Of a DNA stretch of 64,000 nt, positions 28,213 through 36,309 are shown piece by piece. Where the stretch lies: positions 62,001-126,000 of IMG/VR virus record IMGVR_UViG_3300035703_000009; one strand, written 5' to 3'. The translations under genes were made by a program, and so were the position numbers. Under the pieces are notes generated by a model. That model searched no databases. It was not told the origin of the DNA and worked only from the letters and a program-made list of their open reading frames with translations. Position 1 is the stretch's first letter, and every line of letters starts with the position of its first letter.

Positions 28213-28824
28213 ATGGCCGAAACATTAAAGATTGATGCGCTCAAAGGCATCGTTCCAGACGCAGTGTTAGCTCAGATTCCTGATACTGCTGCAAAATTCA
28301 ACATCACTACAAACTTAAGACTCGCTCACTTTCTAGCCCAATGTGCTCACGAAAGCGGAGGCTTTAAAGCTGTGACTGAGAACTTAAATTACTCAGCAGA
28401 CGGTTTACTTAAGATCTTCCCGAAGTACTTTGCAAACAAGTTAAACGAGTCTTATGCTAGAAACCCAGAAAAGATCGCATCTAGAGTTTATGCAAGCCGC
28501 ATGGGCAATGGAGACGAATTATCAAAGGATGGATTCAAGTTTAGAGGACGCGGTTACATACAGTTGACCGGAAAAGACAATTACACAAAATTCACCCAAT
28601 TTATTGGAGAAGATTGCGTAGCTAATCCTGATCTAGTAGCAACAAAATACCCATTGGCATCTGCTGCTTTTTTCTTTAATTCAAATGGATTATGGGCTCT
28701 TTGCGATAAAGGAGCAGATACTGCAGCAGTTACAGCAGTCACAAAAAGAGTAAACGGTGGAACACATGGACTAGACGATCGTCTAGCTAAGTTTAACGCC
28801 TACCGCGCAAAGTTAAGCGCGTAA
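28213..28824 (+). CDS. GH19 (chitinase-like) endolysin
   Basis: AHFLAQCAHESGGF, ENLNYS, FRGRGYIQLTG, VNGGTHGL. Confidence 0.92.
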   Translation: MAETLKIDALKGIVPDAVLAQIPDTAAKFNITTNLRLAHFLAQCAHESGGFKAVTENLNYSADGLLKIFPKYFANKLNESYARNPEKIASRVYASRMGNGDELSKDGFKFRGRGYIQLTGKDNYTKFTQFIGEDCVANPDLVATKYPLASAAFFFNSNGLWALCDKGADTAAVTAVTKRVNGGTHGLDDRLAKFNAYRAKLSA

Positions 28825-29124
28825 TTACTCGTAGTTTTCAAGATCAACTTCGTTTTCGTCATCTAAGATGGCAATCACCTCGTTTGATAGAATAACGTAG
28901 TGTTTTTCTCCCTTATACATCAGTTCAACTCCGGCATATCTGTTGCAGAGGACAGTGTCTCCAGGTTTAACCAACATTGGATTATTGATAGACCCGTCAC
29001 CGCATGCAATTACAAGGCCGATGTTGGGCTTTTTTACTGCTTTTTCCGGAATGAGAATTCCTTGGGAAGTCTTGGTCTCTTTTTGACGAGGTTTAATTAA
29101 GATTCTTTCGTATAATGGCTTCAT
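28825..29124 (-). CDS. groES: Co-chaperonin GroES
   Basis: KPLYERILI, mobile loop TSQGILIP, VKPGDTV, YAGVE. Confidence 0.92.
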   Translation of the reverse strand: MKPLYERILIKPRQKETKTSQGILIPEKAVKKPNIGLVIACGDGSINNPMLVKPGDTVLCNRYAGVELMYKGEKHYVILSNEVIAILDDENEVDLENYE

Positions 29125-30257
29125 AGTGAAGAAAGGTTATTTTTAAGAGCGGTAAATTTTTGTGATAAAAACTTAGAGGTAGAGTATGTCTCAAAGTGTT
29201 GTTCTAGAGCCTTCCTGATTTCATCTGGGAAAACTTTGATTGATAGACGTATTATCTTAATATTGAAGAGTAGGTGTGCTCTGATCTCATCTATTTTATC
29301 TTGATCCTTGATCTTGTTTACATTAGCTATCTCTTTGATAAAAGTGTCGATAAAATTTGAGTCCAGCTCATCCATTAAGTCGATCAACTTTGTATCAAAT
29401 CTTTGTTGCAGGTTAAAGATGATTTTCTTAGCCTTAGCCGGAGTAATGTTGGTCACCTTAGGTATGTTATCTGACTTGTCGCCTAATAGTATCTTAGAAA
29501 GAAGCTCCTCAGAGACGTTTACTTGGTGTTCAACGTAGTCTTTGCTCTTGATGCTCTTGATCACCTTGTCGATGGTAGAACCGCCAATATGACTCTCGCT
29601 TAAAGAAAAGAAACTATCACTCTCATCATCAGCCTTATCTGGCACAAGATTAGTTGACACAAATAACTTCTTCGTCTTGCTCATCTGCTTTGGCACAATT
29701 AGCAGCACGTTCTTTGATGGATTATCAACCAACTGTTTTAGGTCTTGATCTACCGAATAGATTAGGATGTCAGTGTTTAACTTAGAGCATAGGTAGGCGA
29801 TGATGTCGTCTCCCTCAGTGTTCTTAAACCTGTAGTGATTGACTCCACAGTTTTCCAGAGCAGAGACGATTACCTGTTGAAAATAGTCAAAGAATAAGTA
29901 TTGGTGGTCATCATACTTACGATTGCCTTTGTATGTGAACTCAGTTGGCGCTGAGCTGGTCTTAAATTCGCTTGACTCAAAAAAACCGGAGATGTAATCT
30001 TTACGCCAGCTTTTTGAGTCAAATACGAAGTGGACAGCAGTTAACGATGAACCTATAGGGGAGATTAAGGAATTCAAATAGGTAAAACAAAAGTTTCTAA
30101 ATGAGACCTTTACTTGATCCTTTAACCGACAGTTGCCTTCATTAAATAGGTCATCAAACCAATAAGTCTCACCAACTCGTTTGTCTTTGAAAGAGACCGA
30201 TTTGGTAACACTTATTGCTACGTTGATGAAGGCATTTCCGTCGATTATTAGGTTCAT
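29121..30257 (-). CDS. 5'-3' exonuclease / T4 RNase H-like flap endonuclease
   Basis: IIDGN, FDSKSWR, YKGNR, EGDDII, DQDLKQL, GDKSDNIP. Confidence 0.9.
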   Translation of the reverse strand: MNLIIDGNAFINVAISVTKSVSFKDKRVGETYWFDDLFNEGNCRLKDQVKVSFRNFCFTYLNSLISPIGSSLTAVHFVFDSKSWRKDYISGFFESSEFKTSSAPTEFTYKGNRKYDDHQYLFFDYFQQVIVSALENCGVNHYRFKNTEGDDIIAYLCSKLNTDILIYSVDQDLKQLVDNPSKNVLLIVPKQMSKTKKLFVSTNLVPDKADDESDSFFSLSESHIGGSTIDKVIKSIKSKDYVEHQVNVSEELLSKILLGDKSDNIPKVTNITPAKAKKIIFNLQQRFDTKLIDLMDELDSNFIDTFIKEIANVNKIKDQDKIDEIRAHLLFNIKIIRLSIKVFPDEIRKALEQHFETYSTSKFLSQKFTALKNNLSSL

Positions 30258-30259
30258 GG

Positions 30260-30562
30260 CTATTGCTGTGTTTCTGAAGTAGGAGTTTCCTCTACTTCTG
30301 GAGATGGTGTTGATTTACGTAAGGTTCTGATTGCTGAGGCTAATGTTTCAGATTCCTGTAAGTTGAATGAACCTTTGGCCTGTGCATAGTTTGCGGAGGC
30401 AACTAGCACGAATAGCGCTTGGGCTGGATTCATTTCATGAATAAACTTTTCATAGTTTGATTCCTCAGTGTAGGAGATTGAACCAAAAAGCACGGATTTA
30501 GGTGCTTCTTGTGGTGAATTCTCGGTAGCTGTTTTTTCTACGGTTGTTGTAGATTCTTCCAT
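30260..30562 (-). CDS. Hypothetical protein
   Basis: 100 aa ORF in operon. Confidence 0.7.
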   Translation of the reverse strand: MEESTTTVEKTATENSPQEAPKSVLFGSISYTEESNYEKFIHEMNPAQALFVLVASANYAQAKGSFNLQESETLASAIRTLRKSTPSPEVEETPTSETQQ

Positions 30563-30580
30563 GGTAGTAATTGGATTTTT

Positions 30581-31603
30581 TTATAGGTCTTTAAATAAAT
30601 CATCATATTCATCAGAGCTGGCAGCAGGAGTAGCGACTGAGGCTGGCTTCGCTGATTCTGATTTTGAGCTAGTAGTAGCAGTAGTACCAAAGTCTAGGTC
30701 TTCATCCTTTGCCATTGGTGCGTTGTTCTTAGTCGGCTTTAGTTTTGAACGAACTAACTCGTTCATCTTAGCATCTTTGCTCTTTTCAAGCACCATCTCT
30801 AGCACTTGGCGTTGTGGAATGGCTGCAACCACTGCTTCAGCAACCTTTGTGTAGGTCTCTTCAGTCCAAGGTTGATGAGCGTATTCGTCCATCGATGGAG
30901 TGTTCTTAGTTAAGAACTCGTTTACTAATTTGATGACTTTCTCATCATTTTTAACCTGGACTTGCTTGTCTCCGATCTTGAAAACAAAAGGAGTAACTTC
31001 GTCCATGAACTTGCACTTAGACCAGTCTCTGAACTCTTTGGTCTTTTTACCGACAACACAAAGAAAGTCCTTTCCTTCGAGTAAGTGGAATGGATTGATC
31101 TTTCTGGTAGGTTCAAGGCCATCGATTTCCTCTGGATTCATTTGTTGGTCGATGAGCTGATCAACTTGGTTTCTAAACTTAAATATTAGAACCTTGCCCT
31201 CTAGCTCTGGACGCTGAGGATCTTTTTTGATGTATACTGCAGAGTGGTGTGTGTACCATCTTGAAAAGTTTGATTCGAGTTCTTTGGCGAGATCAGGTTC
31301 TTCTTTTCTAAGCGAACGAATAACTGACTCGATTGTCCATAGAATGGAAGGCTGCTCTACGTTAGAAGGGCAGTCAACTATTAGGGATTCCTTAGTAAGA
31401 GGATTCCAAAACTTAGCTGTATATTTGGTGAATTTGCTAAGCTTTTTGTTGGCGATGTACGGTAAAAAACGCATCACCGATTTGTAAGAGCCATTAAAGG
31501 CATTTGGATCTGGATCGTAAACATTTGGATCTACTTTCTTGGTTTTCTGAGAGTTCTTCTGTTTTGAGAATGATTCTTCTGGTAGGTCGAAAAAGTCTGT
31601 CAT
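30581..31603 (-). CDS. Single-stranded DNA-binding protein (gp32-like)
   Basis: MRFLP, NPFHLLEGKDF, DWSKCKF and acidic-aromatic C-terminal tail DEYDDLFKDL. Confidence 0.85.
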   Translation of the reverse strand: MTDFFDLPEESFSKQKNSQKTKKVDPNVYDPDPNAFNGSYKSVMRFLPYIANKKLSKFTKYTAKFWNPLTKESLIVDCPSNVEQPSILWTIESVIRSLRKEEPDLAKELESNFSRWYTHHSAVYIKKDPQRPELEGKVLIFKFRNQVDQLIDQQMNPEEIDGLEPTRKINPFHLLEGKDFLCVVGKKTKEFRDWSKCKFMDEVTPFVFKIGDKQVQVKNDEKVIKLVNEFLTKNTPSMDEYAHQPWTEETYTKVAEAVVAAIPQRQVLEMVLEKSKDAKMNELVRSKLKPTKNNAPMAKDEDLDFGTTATTSSKSESAKPASVATPAASSDEYDDLFKDL

Positions 31604-31624
31604 AGTAAGTTTATTTTTTGATTA

Positions 31625-31650
31625 TTATACTAAAAATTGGGTGAAAGTTT
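31625..31650 (-). promoter_or_regulatory. Bipartite promoter AAACT-N15-GTATAA
   Basis: Upstream of the SSB gene. Confidence 0.7.
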
Positions 31651-31664
31651 CTAATGATAGACAG

Positions 31665-31689
31665 AAAATGCCTCACTAAGGAGGCATTC
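31665..31689 (-). terminator. Intrinsic terminator
   Basis: AATGCCTC/GAGGCATT stem with a short T tail on the minus strand. Confidence 0.7.
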
Positions 31690-31710
31690 TATGTTAGAAC
31701 TTGAGAGAAA

Positions 31711-31980
31711 TTACTTTGCTTTCAGTTCAGTTGTTAAGTCTTCACGATAAAGCTTAGCTGATGTTTGAACGGCAGCAATTGCGGCTTTTGCAGTAGCACC
31801 TTTAGCTACTTTTCTGATTTCTTGTAACTTCTTTTTTAAACGGTTACCTGCACTTTTTACGCCTTTGCCATAGTACCTTTGAGCATCTTCTTCAGCTGCT
31901 GCAATAAGTTCATTTACCGGTCCAAATATAGCAGCTTGAGCAGCAGCTACTTCTTCTTTAAGTTTGTTAAACTGATCCAT
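31711..31980 (-). CDS. Histone H1-like Hc1-family nucleoid protein
   Basis: DAQRYYGKGVKSAGNRLKKKLQEI matches the Hc1 pattern of Bacteroidota/Chlamydia. Confidence 0.7.
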   Translation of the reverse strand: MDQFNKLKEEVAAAQAAIFGPVNELIAAAEEDAQRYYGKGVKSAGNRLKKKLQEIRKVAKGATAKAAIAAVQTSAKLYREDLTTELKAK

Positions 31981-32000
31981 GTTATTTATTTTTAGATTTC

Positions 32001-32026
32001 TTGTACTTGATCTAAGAATAAAGTTT
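32001..32026 (-). promoter_or_regulatory. Bipartite promoter AAACT-N15-GTACAA, plus late ATAAATAA at 31982-31989
   Basis: Upstream of the Hc1 gene. Confidence 0.65.
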
Positions 32027-32772
32027 TATAGATTATTGATGATTTCGTCTACCTTAGGTGAAAATTTGGCTTCTGGGTAGTTTTGAGAGGCGAATGTCAC
32101 CCATTTTTGCATTACTTGAGAGTATTCTTCTTGAGTGATGTAGCTAGATTCGATGAATGGCCTTAAATACTCATCGAATACTTGGTCTAGAGGCTTTCCC
32201 TGTTGTGCTGCACTGGCATACATGCCTTCGACCATCGACTCTACCTCGTCATCCAATAAAAAGTACTTATAACTCTTTTTTGCTAGCTCTCGCTCATCTG
32301 GATTGGATGGCATCTCGTTAAACGCCTCACGACCGCTGCCTATTTGTTCAAGGTGGTTGGTCTCGTGGGTTAAAATGTCGATTAATCTTGCAAAAAGTTT
32401 AGTATAAAGATGTGGCTCTTGGTTTGGGTCCAAAATTAGGTGAATTATGATCTTATGATATAGATTAGGCTTACTTACGTGCAGGTTTGCATCGATCGCA
32501 TAGCCATATTCTGAGTAGTTTAGCTCTTCCCAAGGCAAGTTCTTAAAGTGCTCGTCGCTTGTGAAGTTAGCGTTGGGATCCCGACGTAAAAATAGGACAA
32601 GATCAAATGCATATGGCTCTGTGAACTCCATGCCAGCATGTTTTGAGTATCTCTCAGAGATAGGTTCACGAGCAGTCCTGATCTTTTGAATCAACTTAGT
32701 CGCAAGATCCTTGATAAAAAGATTCTCTGATTCAAAGCTCTCGCTAACGAATTTGGTGAATGACTTGACCAT
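32026..32772 (-). CDS. HExxH (zincin-like) protein with capsid-targeting-like leader
   Basis: ILTHETNHLEQ plus downstream EVES; N-terminus MVKSFTKFVSE. Confidence 0.65.
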   Translation of the reverse strand: MVKSFTKFVSESFESENLFIKDLATKLIQKIRTAREPISERYSKHAGMEFTEPYAFDLVLFLRRDPNANFTSDEHFKNLPWEELNYSEYGYAIDANLHVSKPNLYHKIIIHLILDPNQEPHLYTKLFARLIDILTHETNHLEQIGSGREAFNEMPSNPDERELAKKSYKYFLLDDEVESMVEGMYASAAQQGKPLDQVFDEYLRPFIESSYITQEEYSQVMQKWVTFASQNYPEAKFSPKVDEIINNL

Positions 32773-33251
32773 TACTTTCTTAGTGTGATAAACGTTACCT
32801 CAATGTTGTGTGTGGTAGCTTCTCCCTTTTTAGTAAAAAACACGCTAGTGTCTGGCTTTCGATTACCGAACATGTCAGTCAAGGAAGCGTTTTTTAGCTT
32901 TTCAAGGAAGGGTAAGTCTGAGTCTGCTACGTGTGATTTCTTACCGGTGACCACTTCGATCAGTTTTTTACGTTTGGTCTCAAGCTCAGAGTCTGACATC
33001 TTATTTTTGTCAGTGCTTGCTATGTTCTTTTTTGTCCAGTCAGTAAGTTCTTTTTCAGTAGAGGAAAACGTTGGGTAATCGGCAGTTGAGCTTCCGTCCG
33101 GATATGTTTTCTTTTTGATTTTACTGTATTCATCTGGTTCAAGAAAGACATATATAAACTCTTTCTCAGCTTGGGTAGAAGCGGCTGCGGTTGGATCGAC
33201 CATTGCCTCCTGTTCAAGTAATAACTGTGTGTATGGTTTAATGTGTTTCAT
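32772..33251 (-). CDS. Hypothetical protein with capsid-targeting-like leader
   Basis: MKHIKPYTQLLLE N-terminus; late promoter upstream. Confidence 0.7.
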   Translation of the reverse strand: MKHIKPYTQLLLEQEAMVDPTAAASTQAEKEFIYVFLEPDEYSKIKKKTYPDGSSTADYPTFSSTEKELTDWTKKNIASTDKNKMSDSELETKRKKLIEVVTGKKSHVADSDLPFLEKLKNASLTDMFGNRKPDTSVFFTKKGEATTHNIEVTFITLRK

Positions 33252-33272
33252 GTTGAGTCTAGTTGCTTATTG

Positions 33273-33280
33273 TTATTTAT
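33273..33280 (-). promoter_or_regulatory. Late promoter ATAAATAA
   Basis: Upstream of the ORF starting at 33251. Confidence 0.65.
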
Positions 33281-33286
33281 CTAAAC

Positions 33287-33313
33287 AAAAAAGCAGCAAA
33301 GTATTTTGCTGCT
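33287..33313 (-). terminator. Intrinsic terminator after nrdA
   Basis: AGCAGCAAA/TTTGCTGCT stem with a T run on the minus strand. Confidence 0.85.
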
Positions 33314-33341
33314 CTATTAAAAGTATTGTATGGTGATGAGG

Positions 33342-35147
33342 TTAGCCGTCGCACATAAGGCAATCTTTCGTTGCTCTAGCTGCAATGTCTCCGCGTAACA
33401 CTGATTCAGTTCGCATGTAATATAGGGTCTTGACACCAGCTTTATACGCTTCAAAGTGAACTTGATTGATGAACTTAGGCTCGGCTTCACTAGGAAAGGC
33501 TAGGTTTAAGGAAACTGACTGGTCAATATATTGTTGACGTAATCCGGCTTGCCTAACTAGCTCAAGTTGATTGATCTCTTTGAAGGTCAAAAACACTTCC
33601 TTTAGAGGAATGTAATGAGCTTGATCGGGTTCAGGCAGCTTTGACCACTTGTTTTTTGAGATAGGATTGCCTTTATCGTTGAGCTTAACTAACCAGCTAT
33701 CCATGAAGTCGAGTCCCTGTACGGATCCGTCGTCTTCTAAGATCTTATCCCAAGCATCTTTAGTGTTGTGTCCTATCTTGTCTAAGGATTTTTCCAATAC
33801 TGGATTCTTGCGAATGAACGTTCCCTTAGCTGTTTGCTCAGTAAAGACGTTAGCTGCCCATGGTTCTATGCCTGGCGAAACGTCGCCAGAAAGCTTGGAA
33901 TTAGTTACAGTCGGCGCGATCGCTCGCAAGTGAGTGTTTCGCATACCAGTGCCAACACACCATAATGGTTCCCCATACTCTCTAGCTAGGTCGCGACTTG
34001 CGCGCTCGCTTTCAATCTTAAGTTGTGAAAAGATCTTCCTGGTCTCAAACTGAGCCTGTAAAGAATCAAATGGGATGTTTCTCTCTTGTAAGTATGTGTG
34101 CCAGCCTAGGACTCCTAATCCTAATGCTCGTCCCTTTTCGGCAGAACGAATTGAGTTCTCAAATCCACGCATGTATTTAGCGCGTTGAATAAACTCTTCG
34201 AGCACTCCATCTAAGAACCAAGTGGCTGTGTAGATTAAGTCAGTGTCCTTCCACTCATCGTACTTTGCTAGGTTTAAAGAAGAGAGACAACACACGAAAG
34301 AGTGATTCTCATCGGTATGTAAGGTGATTTCAGAACAGATGTTGGTCATGAATACCTTTAGACCATTCTTTTTATAGGCCTCTGGGTTCTGGTTATTGAC
34401 GTTACCCTTGTACATGATGTAAGGCTCACCAGTTGCTTTACGTTTTCTAAGAACGGCGGTCCACCGCTTACGCGCTTCTTTGTCACCCTGCTCTAACTTA
34501 TCCATGAAACTGTCTGATACGACAACGCATTGGTGTAAGTTTAGACTCTGACGATTCACATCTCCCTTAGGTTCTCTGATTTCGAGCCATTCCCAAAAGT
34601 CTCCATGTTCAATATCTATGTTTACCGATGCGGCACCTCGACGAACTGATCCTTGATTGGTAGCCAATACTGCTGAGTCGTAGATCTTGCAGAATGGCAC
34701 AACGCCATCGGATGTTCCGTTTTGAGAAATCTTAGAGCCGGCAGGTCTGATCTGATTTACTCCAATTCCGACTCCGCCACCGTGCTTGGCAAGTAGCATC
34801 ATTTCTAGGTTTTTGCCACCGATTTCTTGGATGGAGTCACCAACATCGATTCCAAAGCAGGAGATCGGCAAGCCTCTTTCAGTTCCAGTGTTTGAAAATA
34901 CAGGAGAGGCTAGATTAAGCCAACCCTTCCAAAGGTAGTCAAAGAACTTAGAGGCCAGTTCTGGCTTACCTAGTCGCTTGGCAATAGTAGTACTTACTCG
35001 CCAGTAAGCGTCCTTTGGGGTCTCCCCAGATAGCAAGTAGCCCTTTGATACTGTCTTAACATAGACTTCAGTATTTGCCCAAACAGGAAAGTGAACTCCA
35101 ATTTCCCAGCCTAGGCTTTCGCCGTGATTTATTTCTTTTTCTGTCAT
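33342..35147 (-). CDS. nrdA: Class I ribonucleotide reductase alpha subunit, no ATP cone
   Basis: GLPISCF, GGGVG, RRGA, TNICSEI, CCLSSLNL, AIAPT, KTLYY, C-terminal CLMCDG. Confidence 0.95.
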   Translation of the reverse strand: MTEKEINHGESLGWEIGVHFPVWANTEVYVKTVSKGYLLSGETPKDAYWRVSTTIAKRLGKPELASKFFDYLWKGWLNLASPVFSNTGTERGLPISCFGIDVGDSIQEIGGKNLEMMLLAKHGGGVGIGVNQIRPAGSKISQNGTSDGVVPFCKIYDSAVLATNQGSVRRGAASVNIDIEHGDFWEWLEIREPKGDVNRQSLNLHQCVVVSDSFMDKLEQGDKEARKRWTAVLRKRKATGEPYIMYKGNVNNQNPEAYKKNGLKVFMTNICSEITLHTDENHSFVCCLSSLNLAKYDEWKDTDLIYTATWFLDGVLEEFIQRAKYMRGFENSIRSAEKGRALGLGVLGWHTYLQERNIPFDSLQAQFETRKIFSQLKIESERASRDLAREYGEPLWCVGTGMRNTHLRAIAPTVTNSKLSGDVSPGIEPWAANVFTEQTAKGTFIRKNPVLEKSLDKIGHNTKDAWDKILEDDGSVQGLDFMDSWLVKLNDKGNPISKNKWSKLPEPDQAHYIPLKEVFLTFKEINQLELVRQAGLRQQYIDQSVSLNLAFPSEAEPKFINQVHFEAYKAGVKTLYYMRTESVLRGDIAARATKDCLMCDG

Positions 35148-35163
35148 CTTTTAAAAGTTATTG

Positions 35164-36162
35164 TTAGTCAAATAATGCGTCTTCGTCCCAGTTTTCGTTT
35201 TCGCCAGCCTTCGAATAATCAGTGGGACGAATGGCAAAAAAGTCAGTATGAGTGACACCACCAGTAAGATGATAGAACCAGTCGAGCTTGTCTGCTGACT
35301 CGTTATCGTATTCAAATATAGGCAGGTATCCAAGTTCCATCAACTTCTCATTAGCTCTGCGAATGATGAAGTTTTTGAGATCGTATTTCTTTAGGTTCTC
35401 AAGGTCTCCCATCTCAAACATCTTATCGATGAATTTGAGTTCCATCTCCACCATTAGCTGGGCGGCTTCTTCCACTTGAGACTGAACCGAATCCTTCAAT
35501 TCAGGATATTCTTCGCACATGTGACGAAATAATTGGCACCCCATCTTTGAGTGAAGAGATTCATCACGAACTGACCACTTCATCTGTTGTCCGACTCCTT
35601 TGAGTAGGTTTCTCATTTGAAATGAATATAGTACGGCAAAGGAAGAGTATAGAGAGACTCCTTCGGCGAAGGCTGAGAATATCGCTAATGACTTGGCAAC
35701 ATCCTTGCGAGCATCGGCTGAATGTAACAAGTCCTCGTGAGAGTAATCCGCATTAGTCTCCATCAAAAATTCAAACTTAGAGGCGATTGAAGGCTCATGT
35801 AAAAAGGCTGCAAAGTCTTCGAGACCAAGGGTCTCATTTAAGTATGAATATGCGACTGCATGGATGGTTTCCTGTGAGCCAAACATTATGGCCATCTGCT
35901 TGATCTCATGTTTTGGGAACCACTTGGTGACCATGCCGGTCCAGTAGTCTGAGACTGCACATTCAGTCTGAGCAAATCCAAGTAGGATGTTGCCGACTAG
36001 ATTCTTTTCAGCTGGTGTAAGGTGTTCGTTCCAGTCCTTTACGTCGCCTTGCATCGATATTTCTGTGTGTAGCCAAAAGGCCTGAGCCTGTTTGAGCCAG
36101 CCTTCTGTAAAATATATTGGAAATTCAAAAGGCTTGTATTCAATTCTCTCTTCAAATAGCAT
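35164..36162 (-). CDS. nrdB: Class I ribonucleotide reductase beta subunit
   Basis: AFWLHTE, ETIHAVAY, AEGVSLYSSF, RDESLH, DFFAIRPTDY. Confidence 0.95.
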   Translation of the reverse strand: MLFEERIEYKPFEFPIYFTEGWLKQAQAFWLHTEISMQGDVKDWNEHLTPAEKNLVGNILLGFAQTECAVSDYWTGMVTKWFPKHEIKQMAIMFGSQETIHAVAYSYLNETLGLEDFAAFLHEPSIASKFEFLMETNADYSHEDLLHSADARKDVAKSLAIFSAFAEGVSLYSSFAVLYSFQMRNLLKGVGQQMKWSVRDESLHSKMGCQLFRHMCEEYPELKDSVQSQVEEAAQLMVEMELKFIDKMFEMGDLENLKKYDLKNFIIRRANEKLMELGYLPIFEYDNESADKLDWFYHLTGGVTHTDFFAIRPTDYSKAGENENWDEDALFD

Positions 36163-36183
36163 CTGTCGTAATATTTTAGAAAA

Positions 36184-36247
36184 AAATATCCCATCCTAGC
36201 TGAAACTAAATTGAAAAACAATATGCTCTGGCTGTGATAGGATATTT
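36184..36247 (-). promoter_or_regulatory. Long imperfect hairpin in the nrdB 5' leader
   Basis: 12 bp outer stem AAAUAUCCUAUC/GAUGGGAUAUUU plus inner stems; late promoter at 36264-36271. Confidence 0.55.
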
Positions 36248-36309
36248 GATTAGGTCATCTTGATTATTTATCTTGTGATAGACTTTCAAGACTCGGTGGG
36301 TTAGAAAAA

